This document shows, one piece after another, positions 50,182 through 60,802 of a stretch of DNA of 64,000 bases (within the stretch, counting starts at the first letter, position 1; each line of letters begins with the position of its first letter). Origin of the DNA: an uncultured Candidatus Rokubacteria bacterium (GTDB lineage Bacteria > Methylomirabilota > Methylomirabilia > Rokubacteriales > DASRDR01); assembly GCA_963805625.1 (NCBI GenBank), contig CAWDVE010000013.1:288001-352000 (forward strand). The letters run 5' to 3'. Under the pieces are notes generated by a model, which worked only from the letters and a program-made list of their open reading frames with translations, was not told the origin of the DNA and searched no databases. Both the position numbers and the translations under genes were made by a program.

Positions 50182-50703
50182 GTGGCAGCGAGGCTTCCCT
50201 ACGTCGAGCGAGAGCAGGTGCCCGCCGAGGTGCAGGCGACGTACGACCGGGTCGCGAAGTGCGGCGGTCGGGGGCTGAACTTCTACCGGCTCATGGCCCA
50301 CCATGCCCGGTCGGTGCCCCCGTTCGCCCAGTGGTACGCAGCGCTCCGCGAGGGCGCCCTCGATCCGAAGCTGCGGCAGCTCGCCTACGTTCGGGCATCG
50401 CAGCTCAATCGGTGCCGCTACTGTATGATGCACCACTCGGCCCTCGGACAGAGGCTCGGAGTCTCTCGGGAGCAGCTCGAGGTCCTGCCCGACTTCGAGA
50501 CGAGCCCCCTGTTCTCGGAGCTCGAGCGCCTGGTGCTCCGCTACGCGGAGCAGATGACGGTGCGAGTCCAGGTCGACGGCACCCTCGTCGAGGCGCTGCG
50601 CGGCCATCTCTCGCTTGAGGCGCTGGTGCACACCCTGAGCATCGCGGCCGCGAACTTCACCAACCGATTCAACGAGGCGCTGGGGACCGAGCTGGAACCA
50701 CAT
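50182..50703 (+). CDS. carboxymuconolactone decarboxylase/AhpD family protein (no stop after the domain; frame open to 51627)
   Basis: LDPKLRQLAYVRASQLNRCRYCMMHH, NFTNRFNEALG. Confidence 0.8.
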
Positions 50704-50877
50704 CCTCGACTGGGGACCAGGCGGGCTCCTGGAGACCTTGGCGACTCTCCACAAGGCGGGGATTCAGACGGCAGGCGCCGGCCGGAACGACGGAGAGGCT
50801 GCCGCGCCCGCGCTCGTGGAGCTGCCCCGCATAACCGGATGCTCTCCCGATCGTCTACGGCTGGGCCACGCCGGGAC

Positions 50878-52044
50878 CTACCCAACCCCCCCGGGAAGTG
50901 GAAACGCCGTCGGTCGAGGCAGCGCCGGCAGGAAGTAACGGCGGAGCGCCGCGTCGCAGACCGCGTAGCCCCAGTTGATCAGCCGCTGCCGGACCTCGGG
51001 CTCCATCCGCGCGAGTCGCGTGTCGATATCGGCGAGCGCCAGCGTCTGGTTGACAGGGCACGGCAGCGCGGCAGCTGCGCCGTAGTCGGCGATGTTCGTG
51101 CGAATCCCCCAGTAGGCGCCCGTCCGCAGCTTGGCCTCGAGCGAGCCCACGACCTGGCGTTTCCGCAGACTTCGAACCTGATTGTCGATGAGCGAGTTGA
51201 TCCGGATGCTGTGGCGTACCCAGTCCCGCTCGGGTTCGGGCTCTGGTTGCATCTGGCCCCCACCATCGCTCACGAACACCGTCCGGTATCGCTTCCAGAC
51301 CGTCTCGAGACCGAGGTTGTCGTACACGCCGCCATCCGACAGCACCACGTCGGAGGTGTACGGCTCCCGGTGGAGTGGCTCCGTACCGGGCGTGAATTCG
51401 TTCGGATCCAACTCGAGGGTCGCCGGCGACAGAACCGGTGGGAACGCGGAGGAGGCCGCCACTGCGACGGCCAACTGGATCTTCGGGCTCTTGACCTCGC
51501 CGACCCGGTAATCGCGCATGTAGGGCTTCATGAAGCGCCACAGTGCTCCGGACTGGACGTTCGTCGCGTTCAACACGATCCGTGGGGGATCATCCGGCAA
51601 GTCCTGGAGAGTGGCTTCGCCGAATAGGTGGCGGCGATAGGCGTCAGTCACCCGGTCAGAGATCGTCCCCGGCAGGACCAGGCCGATGACGACGGACCCG
51701 ACGTCGATCGTGCGGCCCGCGAGCGCCCGGATGGGCCCGACCACCTCCTCGACGTAGCGGCGCGCGATGCCCGTGGCGCCATCGAAGTCTAGCCGTCCCC
51801 ACTTGAGTCCCAGCGCGGCACCGGTGATGGAGCCGCCGGAGACGCAGGAGATTCGAGCCAGCGTCTTGAGCAAGCCTGCCTCGTTGAGCCGCCATATCGC
51901 TCCTGCGTGGAACAGCATGGCGCGATACCCGCCGCCTGACAGACAGAGGCCGCGCCCGTCCTCAAGCTTGCTGGTTGCGGGTCGTTCCTCCTCCGAGAGG
52001 ACGGGAGACAGCGCCTCGGCCAGTATCGTGCCAGGGTCAGGCAT
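50878..52044 (-). CDS. patatin-like phospholipase
   Basis: SGGGYRA, VSGGS, SSAFP, DGG. Confidence 0.9.
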   Translation of the reverse strand: MPDPGTILAEALSPVLSEEERPATSKLEDGRGLCLSGGGYRAMLFHAGAIWRLNEAGLLKTLARISCVSGGSITGAALGLKWGRLDFDGATGIARRYVEEVVGPIRALAGRTIDVGSVVIGLVLPGTISDRVTDAYRRHLFGEATLQDLPDDPPRIVLNATNVQSGALWRFMKPYMRDYRVGEVKSPKIQLAVAVAASSAFPPVLSPATLELDPNEFTPGTEPLHREPYTSDVVLSDGGVYDNLGLETVWKRYRTVFVSDGGGQMQPEPEPERDWVRHSIRINSLIDNQVRSLRKRQVVGSLEAKLRTGAYWGIRTNIADYGAAAALPCPVNQTLALADIDTRLARMEPEVRQRLINWGYAVCDAALRRYFLPALPRPTAFPLPGGVG

Positions 52045-52860
52045 CGCGGTCCTCCTTGCGCGTCGAGTCGGTCCAGCTCCGCGCTTCCGCCATCATAGCC
52101 TCACCGGCGTCGTCGACTCCCAGTGCGCGAGCGCCTTCTCAGGCCCCCGGATCTTCTTGGTCTCGTCCAAGATCTCTCGCTTCCGCTTCAGCAAGTTCAG
52201 CTCGTCGCCCTTGTCGATCTTTGCCTTCTGCACCGTTGCAGCCGAGGCCGCAAGCTGAGGGTGCCGCCCCACGCCGGGATGGCGCGGGGTGAGCCGGCGC
52301 TCGGGGTCGCCCTCGGGGCCTGGGGTCCAGCCGCCGGGGGAGGCAGGAGGAGGCCGGACCTCAGCTCCGCCCGCGGAGGTGGCACCGGAGGTGTTGCTAA
52401 TCGTTCCTTCTATGCGCTGGCTATGCGCTGGCGGTGGGCCCCACTGGCAATGTGGGCACACCACACGGCGTAGGTTAGGTATTCCTAGTCCTGGAGCGCT
52501 GTCAAGCTCGGCGGGGCGCCTCGATTCTTCGCTCGGGGTCCTCGCGAGCGCGATGGATCGCGGAGGCTGCAGGGGCTGTCCAGACGACCCCCCGAACACT
52601 CGGGCCGCCGACCAGGAAGGGGCCACCGCCGCCATCACACTGAAAACCGACCTGGGTCTTGGCTTGACGGCAGTCGTGGCTTGGCGCTTAGTAGACCCCC
52701 AGACGGTGTCCGATCCGGCGAGATCCGCATGGTTCGGACGATGACTCGGAAAAGCGAGAACCGAGTATGCACCGCGACAGGTTCATCGGCGAGAGGTCCT
52801 AGCGACGCGACGCGCCCAGCTGCGTGCGTGCGGCTGGCGGCGGAACCCGAGGGAGGTGGC

Positions 52861-53643
52861 ATGGCCTACACCGACATCCTTTACGAGAAGGAGGGCGGCG
52901 TCGCCTGGATCACCATCAACCGCCCCGGAGTGCGGAACGCCTTCCGCACCCGTACGGTGGCTGAGCTGACCGACGCTTTCGTGGATGCGCGGTGGGACCG
53001 CACCGTCGGCGTGGTCGTGTTGACGGGGGCCGGCGACAAGGCGTTCTGCTCCGGCGGCGACCAGAAGGAACGGGGGCAGGGAGGCTACGCCACGGACCAG
53101 CGCCCCATGGACGTGGAGGCACTGCACAGCGCGATCCGTCACATCCCGAAGCCGGTGATCGCGATGGTCAACGGGTTCGCCATCGGCGGCGGCCACGTGC
53201 TGCACGTGCTGTGCGACCTCAGCATCGCGTCCGACACAGCCATCTTCGGCCAGACGGGGCCGCGGGTGGGGAGCGTGGACGCCGGGCACGGGACGGGTTA
53301 CCTGGCACGGGTGGTGGGGGAGAAGAAGGCGCGCGAGATCTGGTACCTCTGCCGGCAGTACACGGCGCAGGAGGCGCTCGCGATGGGGCTGGTGAACAAG
53401 GTGGTGCCGCTGTCGGAGCTCCGGGCAGAAGTGGAACGCTGGTGCGCGGAGCTCCTGGAGAAGAGCCCGACCGCGCTGGCGCTCGCCAAGCAGTCGTTCA
53501 ACATCGACTCCGAGCCGCGGGCCGGTGTCGCGCAGTTCGCCCACACCGCGCTGAACCTCTACTATCAGACCGAGGAGGCGCTGGAGGGCCGCAACGCTTT
53601 TGTGGAGAAGCGCCCCGTGAACTTCGGCAAGTTCCGGTCGTAA
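52861..53643 (+). CDS. badI: 2-ketocyclohexanecarboxyl-CoA hydrolase (MenB-like crotonase)
   Basis: [33 protein letters not shown]; context with aliA/badH/aliB. Confidence 0.75.
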   Translation: MAYTDILYEKEGGVAWITINRPGVRNAFRTRTVAELTDAFVDARWDRTVGVVVLTGAGDKAFCSGGDQKERGQGGYATDQRPMDVEALHSAIRHIPKPVIAMVNGFAIGGGHVLHVLCDLSIASDTAIFGQTGPRVGSVDAGHGTGYLARVVGEKKAREIWYLCRQYTAQEALAMGLVNKVVPLSELRAEVERWCAELLEKSPTALALAKQSFNIDSEPRAGVAQFAHTALNLYYQTEEALEGRNAFVEKRPVNFGKFRS

Positions 53644-53647
53644 CCTC

Positions 53648-53677
53648 TGTTGCCGCTGCATGTGTTGCCGCTGCATG
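53648..53677 (+). repeat. perfect 15-bp tandem duplication
   Basis: TGTTGCCGCTGCATG x2, covering the ligase start codon. Confidence 0.9.
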
Positions 53678-54260
53678 GAGACCACCCTCACCGAGGCGAG
53701 GATCCGGCAGGCCAGGGCCGGCGGCTTCTGGCGCGACGAGAGCGTCGAGATCTATCTCGACCGGTGGGCCTGCGAGCGGCCCGATCGCACGGCGATCGTC
53801 GACGGCGCGGGCCGGCTGAGCTACGCGGCCCTGGCCCGGCGCGTCGAGCGCGTGGCCCACGGCCTCCGCGGCCACGGAGTCGAGCAGGGCAGCGTGGTTT
53901 CCTGCCAGCAAGGACATCATCATCCGCGGGGGCGAGAACATCCCCGTGGTGGAGGTCGAGAGCCTCCTCTACACGCATCCCAAGATCGCGGGCGTGGCCA
54001 TCGTGGCCATGGCAGACCCTCGCCTCGGCGAGCGGGCGTGTGCGGTCGTGATCCCGCGCGAAGGTCAGTGCCTCACGCTCCCCGAGGTCATCGCCTTCCT
54101 CGAGCGCCACCAGCTCGCGCGCCAGAAGTTCCCCGAGCGCCTGGAGGTCGTGAGCGAGTTCCCGATGACCCCCAGCGGCAAGATCCAGAAGTATCGGCTG
54201 CGTCAGCTCGTGGCGGAGCGGATCGCGGTCGAGCGGGGCGACGCCCCCGGTCGTGGCTGA
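53675..54260 (+). pseudogene. aliA: cyclohexanecarboxylate-CoA ligase with large internal deletion and frameshift
   Basis: N-terminus (FWRD..PDRTAIVD..VVSCQ) joined near 53908 to KDIIIRGGENI..GERACA..TPSGKIQK. Confidence 0.8.
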
Positions 54261-54321
54261 TCCGCCCCGAGCCCGGCAGGCTCGTTCTCCCTGGTCGGTC
54301 GATTCGCGAGGAGAGCATGCG

Positions 54322-55119
54322 ATGGAGCTGAACCTGGCAGGCAAGAGTGTGGTCGTCACCGGCGGGGGCTCGAACATCGGTCGCGCCATCAGCCTGGCTT
54401 TCGCCCGCGAGGGCGTCCATCTGACCCTCGCGGAGATCGACGAAGGCCAGGGCCAGAAGGTGGTCGCCGAAGCCCGGAAGCGGGGCGCGTCGTCGGCGAC
54501 CCTGGTACCCACGGACGTGACGAAATGGGAATCGGTCCAGGCCATGGTCAAGGAGGTCGAGGGCCGGCTGGGCCGGGTGGACGTGCTCGTGAACAACGTC
54601 GGCTGGACCTACGACCGGCTCTTCGTCGAGAAAGAGCGGGCAGAGTGGGAGAAGGAGATCCAGCTGAACCTCTGGGGCATGATCAACTGCACTCGCGCGG
54701 TGCTCGACGGCATGATCGCGCGTAAGGCAGGCGCCATCGTGAGTCTCGGCTCCGACGCCGGCCGCATGGGCGAGTTCCGCGAGGGCGTGTACGGCGCGTG
54801 CAAGGCCGGGGTGATGGCGCTCAGCAAGAGCCTCGCCCGCGAGGTTGGGCGCCACGGCATCCGGCTCAACGTCGTCTGCCCGGGTATGACCATCCCGGCC
54901 TCGGAAGAGGACTTCGGGGCCCGAAGCATGTGGGCGGCCGAGGCGAACCGGGCATGGAGCGCGCCCGAGATGCAGGCGCGCATCGCCAAGGCCTATCCGC
55001 TCAGGCGGACTGGTAAGCCGGAGGACGTAGCGCCGGCGGTGGTTTTCCTCGCCTCCGACGCGGCCGGCTTCATCACTGGACAGACGCTCTCGGTCAGCGG
55101 CGGCTATACGATGATGTGA
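54322..55119 (+). CDS. badH: SDR, 2-hydroxycyclohexanecarboxyl-CoA dehydrogenase-like
   Basis: TGGGSNIG, NNVGW, SDAGR, YGACK, GQTLSVSGG. Confidence 0.75.
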   Translation: MELNLAGKSVVVTGGGSNIGRAISLAFAREGVHLTLAEIDEGQGQKVVAEARKRGASSATLVPTDVTKWESVQAMVKEVEGRLGRVDVLVNNVGWTYDRLFVEKERAEWEKEIQLNLWGMINCTRAVLDGMIARKAGAIVSLGSDAGRMGEFREGVYGACKAGVMALSKSLAREVGRHGIRLNVVCPGMTIPASEEDFGARSMWAAEANRAWSAPEMQARIAKAYPLRRTGKPEDVAPAVVFLASDAAGFITGQTLSVSGGYTMM

Positions 55120-55155
55120 CCCGCTCCTTGGAGCACTGAGGCGGAAGAGGACTAC

Positions 55156-56307
55156 ATGGACCTCGCGTTCACCCCCGAGCAGGAGGAGCTGGTCCGCGCC
55201 CTTCGCACCTTCGCGAAGAAGGAGCTTCAGCCCCGCTCGTCTCATTGGGATAGGACCGGCGAGTTCCCGTGGGACGCCTACCACCAGATGGCGGAGCTGG
55301 GGCTCCTGGGCCTCCGGACGCCGGCCGCCTACGGGGGCCAGGACGCCGACCTTCTCACCTTCGGCCTCGCCATGGAGGCGATCGCGCGCGGGGACTTCGG
55401 CTGCACCTACGGGATGCAGCTCGCCGGCCTCTCGGGAGAGATCCTCGGGCGGAACGCGAGCGAGGAGATCAAGGCCCGCTGGCTCCCCCCGATCGCGCAG
55501 GGGAAAGCGGTCATCGCGCTCGCCCTCACCGAGCCCGGGGTCGGCTCCGATGCGGCGAACCTCGCCTGCCGGGCGGAACGCCACGGGGACGAGTACACGA
55601 TCACCGGCGAGAAGTCCGGAATAAGCCTCGGCATGGTCGCCCAGGCGGCCATTCTGTTCGCTCGGACCGACCCGCGGGGCCGGGCCCGCGGTGTGACGGC
55701 GTTTCTCGTCCCTCTCGATGCGCCGGGCGTGTCGCGGAGCCCGCTCCGGGACATGGGGACGCGCGCGATCGCGCGCGCCGTGCTGTCCTTCGACCAGGTG
55801 CGCGTGCCGCCCTCGCACCGGCTGGGCCCCGAGGGCACCGGCTTCCACCAGGTGATGCAGGGGTTCGACTACAACCGTGTCGGAATCGCCCTCGCCTGCC
55901 TCGGCGTTGCCCAGGTCTCACTCGAGGAGACCATGGCTTACGTCAAGGAGCGAAGCGCCTTCGGACGGCGGCTCGCGACGTTCGAGGGCGTGTCCTTCCC
56001 GATCGCCGAGGCCGCAACCCACATCGACGCCTGCCGCTGGCTCTGCTATCGCGCGCTCTGGCTCGCCGACCGCGGACAGCCCTACACGAAGGAGTCGGCG
56101 ATGACCAAGTGGTGGGCGCCCCGTCTCGCGGTCGAGACCATCCACCAGTGCCTACTCCTGCATGGCCACTACGGCTACACGGACGAGCTGCCCTTCGAGC
56201 AGCGGTTGCGGGACGTCATCGGGCTCGAGATCGGCGACGGCACGGCGGAGGTCATGAAGGTGATCGTGGCCCGGGAGCTCATGGGCCGCGAGAGCCTGCC
56301 GTACTGA
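55156..56307 (+). CDS. aliB: cyclohexanecarboxyl-CoA dehydrogenase-like acyl-CoA dehydrogenase
   Basis: LTEPGVGSDA, CLLLHGHYGY, RDVIGLEIGDGT. Confidence 0.8.
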   Translation: MDLAFTPEQEELVRALRTFAKKELQPRSSHWDRTGEFPWDAYHQMAELGLLGLRTPAAYGGQDADLLTFGLAMEAIARGDFGCTYGMQLAGLSGEILGRNASEEIKARWLPPIAQGKAVIALALTEPGVGSDAANLACRAERHGDEYTITGEKSGISLGMVAQAAILFARTDPRGRARGVTAFLVPLDAPGVSRSPLRDMGTRAIARAVLSFDQVRVPPSHRLGPEGTGFHQVMQGFDYNRVGIALACLGVAQVSLEETMAYVKERSAFGRRLATFEGVSFPIAEAATHIDACRWLCYRALWLADRGQPYTKESAMTKWWAPRLAVETIHQCLLLHGHYGYTDELPFEQRLRDVIGLEIGDGTAEVMKVIVARELMGRESLPY

Positions 56308-56427
56308 CGGTGGTCATCGACCAAGACGCTCGAAGGGGGAGCCAGGCCTCCCCTTCTCGTGCGGCCGAAACCGCGGCCGGTCGACCTAGCCTTTGTTGTG
56401 CCGGGCGTAGAGGGCGGTCGCCCGGAG

Positions 56428-58170
56428 CTACTCCACGGCCATGCCGCCGCCTTGGAGGGCCGGACGGGCGCTGGCGCGCATCCTCTTGAGCAGCCGATTC
56501 GCGATGGGATGGACCTTGGGGTGGACGCCACCGTTTCGGTTGGCGGCTTCCTGCCAGGCGTTGGAGCGTTTGGCGTAGACCGCGGCGTCGTCCAGCTCCC
56601 GGCAGTCCAGTCGATCCTTGTTGATGTCCACCACGATGGTGTCGCCGTCCTCGATCAGGGCGATCGGGCCGCCGAGATAGGCTTCCGGTCCGACGTGACC
56701 GATGACCAACCCGACCGAGCCGCCGGAGAAGCGCGCATCGGTCATCAAGCCGATGGTAATGCCCTTTTGGCGGCAGAGCGTCGTGATCCGCGATGTCGGA
56801 TCGAGCATCTCCGGCATGCCGGGCGCCCCGCGCGGGCCCTCGTAGCGGATGACCACCATGTCCTGGTCGGCAAAGACCTCGGGCGTGTGCTCCAGAGCGG
56901 CGATCAGCTCGTGCTCGCGGTCGAAGACGCGAGCTCGGCCGACGAACCGGCCGTCCTTCACACCGCCTTCGACGCCCGCGACTTTGATGATAGCGCCCCC
57001 GTCAGGGGCCAGGCTCCCTTCGAGCAAACGCAGCCCGCCGGTCTTCTTGAATGGCTTGGCGACCGAGTAGATCACCTCGTGATCCGGCTTCGCCGGCGCG
57101 AGCCGCCGCACCTGCTCGGCGAGCGTTTCCCCGGTGCACGTCACGGGGCGGTCGTCGACCAGACCCGCGTCGAGCAATTCCTTGACGATGACTGGCAAGC
57201 CGCCCTTGGCGTCGACGTCGACCATCGAGTACATCCCGAACGGCCGAGCGTTCACCAGCACCGGCACGCGACGCGACAGCGCGTTGAACTCCTTCTGGCT
57301 GAGGACGTCCTTCCACAGATCGATGCCGGCCGCGCGGGCGATCTCGACGGCGTGCAGCGCCACGTTGGTGGACCCACCCATCGCGATCGCCACGATCAGC
57401 GCGTTTCTGAGCGACGTGGGCGTCACGATGTCACGCGGCTGGATGCCTCGCTTGGTCATCGTCAGGAGGCAATCGACCAGCTGGTCCGGAAACTCTCGCA
57501 GCCGCCGCTCGTCCTCGGACGGCGGCGAGACCATGTGCAGCGGCTCCATCCCCAGCACCGCGATGAACGACTGCATCGTGTTGTAGGTGAACATGCCGCC
57601 GCAGCTGCCGTATCCCGGACAGGCGTGGAGGGCGATGCGCGCGCGCTTGGCCGGATCGGCATCGCCCGCGACCTGGAACGCGGTGACGAGGTCGATACGC
57701 TCTCCAGTGGCCGGGTCGATGCCGGGCCTGATCGAGCCGTCCGAGACGATCACCGCCGGCTCGTTGTGCTCCAGTATCGCCGCCAGCGTGCCGACCGGAG
57801 GCTTGTCGCAGGCGACCACGGCGATGATCCCCTTCACGTCGTTGCCGTTCAGGTGCATGTCGACGCTGTCGTTGGTGACCTCGCGGCCGATCAGCGAAAA
57901 GCGCATGCGGTCGGTGCCGTTCAGCTGCCCGTCCGACACCCCGAGGCCATAGGCCGGGGGAATCAGGCGGATCGGCAGGTCGTCCCGAAGAACGCGGGCC
58001 GAGATCGCGGCCTGGATGGCTTCGACCTTGCGAGTGACCCCGAGGTAGCACTGGCTGTCCCCGAGAGTGCCCGTCACCGCCCAGACCGGGTGGTGGATCT
58101 TGTACGGGTCCTGGCCCAAGGAGCGCGCGGTCCCGACACGCTGCACGTCGCGCCCCGGGTTGGCTGACAC
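56428..58170 (-). CDS. ilvD: dihydroxy-acid dehydratase family protein
   Basis: ACDK, CPGYGSCGGMFTYNTM, GGSTN, YEGPRGAPGMPEM, TDARFSGG, GHVGPEA. Confidence 0.88.
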   Translation of the reverse strand: MSANPGRDVQRVGTARSLGQDPYKIHHPVWAVTGTLGDSQCYLGVTRKVEAIQAAISARVLRDDLPIRLIPPAYGLGVSDGQLNGTDRMRFSLIGREVTNDSVDMHLNGNDVKGIIAVVACDKPPVGTLAAILEHNEPAVIVSDGSIRPGIDPATGERIDLVTAFQVAGDADPAKRARIALHACPGYGSCGGMFTYNTMQSFIAVLGMEPLHMVSPPSEDERRLREFPDQLVDCLLTMTKRGIQPRDIVTPTSLRNALIVAIAMGGSTNVALHAVEIARAAGIDLWKDVLSQKEFNALSRRVPVLVNARPFGMYSMVDVDAKGGLPVIVKELLDAGLVDDRPVTCTGETLAEQVRRLAPAKPDHEVIYSVAKPFKKTGGLRLLEGSLAPDGGAIIKVAGVEGGVKDGRFVGRARVFDREHELIAALEHTPEVFADQDMVVIRYEGPRGAPGMPEMLDPTSRITTLCRQKGITIGLMTDARFSGGSVGLVIGHVGPEAYLGGPIALIEDGDTIVVDINKDRLDCRELDDAAVYAKRSNAWQEAANRNGGVHPKVHPIANRLLKRMRASARPALQGGGMAVE

Positions 58171-58314
58171 GAAACCGGCCTCGGAGCTACTGGGGCGCCC
58201 TTCACGCGCACTCGGCATCATGACCTCCGATCATGGGATTCACGCTCGATGGTTCCGTGTAGCCCCCAAAGTCGACATCGACGGTGCCGACAATCTGACC
58301 TGCGTCGTTGATTC

Positions 58315-58684
58315 GCACTTCGTCCTCGGTGAGCTTGAAATAGGATCGCGGCATCAGCATCGCCGCCGTGGCGCCCAGCTCGCCCGCGTGCCGCGCGAGC
58401 TCGATCGATTCGGCAAGGCTGTTGCCGAGATCCCGACCAGGACCGGGGCGCGCCCATTGACCGGGGCGCCCTTTGACAGCCTTCACGACGACCTGGGTGA
58501 GCGACCGGCGCTCATCGAGACCCAGATGGGCGAACTCACCGGCGGACAACTGGGTGCTGAACCCGTGAATCCCCGCCTCGACGAGCCATTCGATCCGCTC
58601 GCGCACGATGGCGAAATCGATCCGGTCGCCATCCCGGCTGAAGGGTGTTGGCAAATTCGCGAACATGCCACCGATTCTCTTCAT
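58315..58684 (-). pseudogene. dihydrodipicolinate synthase family, truncated
   Basis: LPTPFSRDG..SAGEF..ERR..ELARHAGELGA..PRSYF ends after ~120 aa, then switches to unrelated INDAGQIVG. Confidence 0.75.
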
Positions 58685-58729
58685 GGCGAGCTCCTGGCGA
58701 AGGGCTCGAACCGATACCCTAGGCTTAGA

Positions 58730-58987
58730 TCACCACACGCGGACCAGGCCCGCAACCCCACGCCGGGCGCGCCCCGCGAAGCACGGCTCGGAACGTCAAC
58801 AATCCCAGTTACTAGCGACCAACCGCAGGGCGCATGCGGTCTCACATCCGAGGCCGGCCGGCTTTCGGGGTCATTCGCGCCACTCCCACGGCGGAACCGG
58901 CCGCCTGTCGGCCCACAGTCCGGCACGCGCGGCCCGGGCCTCCGCCTCGAGCGCAGCCAGCCGGACGTCGGTGGAGTACCGCCGGAA
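58730..58987. repeat. ~260-bp direct repeat copy 1 (thermonuclease 3' end plus downstream segment)
   Basis: High similarity by eye to 61617-61877. Confidence 0.9.
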
Positions 58988-59225
58988 GAACCTAGACGGC
59001 GACGCAGCGGGATCGGGCGGATCCGGATCGTGTCGTCGTGCGCTGACGCCCACGGAACTCCAAGTAGCGGTGGCCACCCGGCAACTCTCGAGGCGAGCCA
59101 CGCGAGCCCGGTCTCCTGTGGCCGGGGCCGGGCCATCAGCGCCGCGACGCGCGTCCGCTCGGGCGGTCACGGTCCTGGCGGCCGCGCCCTCGCGCTCACA
59201 CTCCTCGCTGTGGCATAATCGGCTA

Positions 59226-59636
59226 ATGAAATCCGCTTGGAACCATCTCCAGGTCAACATCGAGCCGCGCAATCGCGCCTTCTACCAGGAGCTCTTCACG
59301 CTCCTGGGCTGGGAGAAGTGGCACGAGGACGAGAACATGCTCGGCATGGGCGTCGAAGGCAAGGGCTCGTTCTGGTTCGCCTCGGCGCCCGACAGGCAGA
59401 AGACCGACTACGATCAGCTCGGCGTGAATCATCTCGGTGTCCGGGCCGAGGAGCAGAAGGACGTGGACACCGTCGCGGCCTTCTTGAGGCGGAAGAACGT
59501 ACCGTCGCTCTTCGGGACGCCGTGCCACCGCCCAGAATTCGCCGAGGGCGAGGGGCAGACCTACTACCAGGTCATGTTCACCTCGCCGGACAACGTCCTG
59601 CTCGAGGTCGTCTACATCGGGCCGAAAGCCGCGTAG
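59226..59636 (+). CDS. VOC family protein
   Basis: NHLQVNI..FYQELFTLLGW, GVNHLG, YYQVMFTSPDNVLLEVV. Confidence 0.85.
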   Translation: MKSAWNHLQVNIEPRNRAFYQELFTLLGWEKWHEDENMLGMGVEGKGSFWFASAPDRQKTDYDQLGVNHLGVRAEEQKDVDTVAAFLRRKNVPSLFGTPCHRPEFAEGEGQTYYQVMFTSPDNVLLEVVYIGPKAA

Positions 59637-59911
59637 CCTAGGGGCGGACGCGAGTCTGCCGATCCTCCCGAAGCGGCACCGCGCGCAGCAGTCCGTAGCC
59701 AACTCCCGTCGGGCGATGCGCCCCTCGGCCTCCGGCCTGGTCCGCTCGAGCATGAGACACAAGGGTACTGGCGTCCCGTGTCGCTCACCGCGGCATGTCC
59801 CTTCGTCCTTCCGCCGGACAGCCTCCACGGTGAGCCCACCCGGCGAGGCGAGACGCCCGGCGAGGCAGGTTCTCAGGGCCCGGGCCCGAGTCCCGAAGCC
59901 GGACGCGAGTC

Positions 59912-60168
59912 CGCCGGTACTCCCACGGGGGAACCGCGCGAAGGGTCCGCCCACAGCCCCCGTCGGGCGATGCACGCATCGGCCGCCAGCCTGGCCAGGG
60001 CGAGGTCCGACGAGTACCGGCAGAACCCACCACGCGGAGCCCGCGCGGACGAGCTCCTGGTCGAGACTCCGGCCGTCGGGCAGGCGAACCTCGGCCACGA
60101 GGCGGCCGTAGCGATCGCGGTCCGTCGCCTGGACGACGACCAGCTTCCCGAACGTGAGCGCCGCCGCG
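59912..60168 (-). pseudogene. thermonuclease (SNase) remnant, frameshifted
   Basis: DRYGRLVAEVRLPDGRSLDQELVRAGSAWW, then shifted RYSSD..GLWAD..PPWEYRR. Confidence 0.8.
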
Positions 60169-60246
60169 CCTCGTCGCCGAGCTGCGGGAGCGTCCGCCGC
60201 GCCTCCGCGACGACGGTGGGGACCGGCCACTGTTATCGTGATCTCC

Positions 60247-60783
60247 ATGGGAGATGCGCCCGAACTGCATGAGCAGCTCTACGAGCGCCGCATCGTCCTC
60301 GTGACTGGCCGGCTCGACGACGGCGTGGCGGCCCGAGCCGCGGCGGCGCTCCTGAGCCTCGACGCGGCGGGGAATGCAACGATCGACGTCCACGTGGATA
60401 GCCCCGATGGCGCGCTGGAGGCCGCCTTCGTGCTCATCGACACGCTGGGCCTGATCCGGGCACCCGTGCGCGCGCTGGGTCGCGGACTGGTCGGCACGCC
60501 GGCGATCGGCGTCGTGGCCGCGGCCGGCTACCGCGCGGCCTCGCCGCACGCGCGGTTTCGGCTCGCTCAGCCCCCCGTGCGGCTCGTCGGAACACCCGAC
60601 GAGGTCGATGCCGGCAGACGCTGGCATCGCGACCTGCTCGTGAGGTTCCAGGCGCATCTCGCCCGCGCCACCGGGCGGCCGGTCGACGCGATCGCGGACG
60701 ACATGAGAGCCGGACGGACTCTCGACGCGGCGGAGGCGCTCGCCTACGGGCTGATCGACGAAATCAGCCCCACGTCACGGTGA
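60247..60783 (+). CDS. ClpP-like protein lacking catalytic Ser/His
   Basis: LYERRIVLVTG, VDSPDG, DAAEALAYGLIDEI; GLVGTP and RLAQP replace GxAAS and MIHQP. Confidence 0.8.
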   Translation: MGDAPELHEQLYERRIVLVTGRLDDGVAARAAAALLSLDAAGNATIDVHVDSPDGALEAAFVLIDTLGLIRAPVRALGRGLVGTPAIGVVAAAGYRAASPHARFRLAQPPVRLVGTPDEVDAGRRWHRDLLVRFQAHLARATGRPVDAIADDMRAGRTLDAAEALAYGLIDEISPTSR

Positions 60784-60802
60784 CGGGTCGGCCCGCCACT
60801 CC

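Noticed and set aside
50878-52044. Patatin as a CBASS/defence effector
   Set aside because: No CD-NTase or other defence gene nearby
52093-52638. 181-aa ORF upstream of patatin
   Set aside because: Only the last ~45 codons look protein-like; no family recognised, possibly a relic
52861-53643. menB for menaquinone synthesis
   Set aside because: Context with aliA/badH/aliB homologs favours badI
56359-58167. 602-aa plus-strand ORF
   Set aside because: Antisense shadow of the ilvD-like gene
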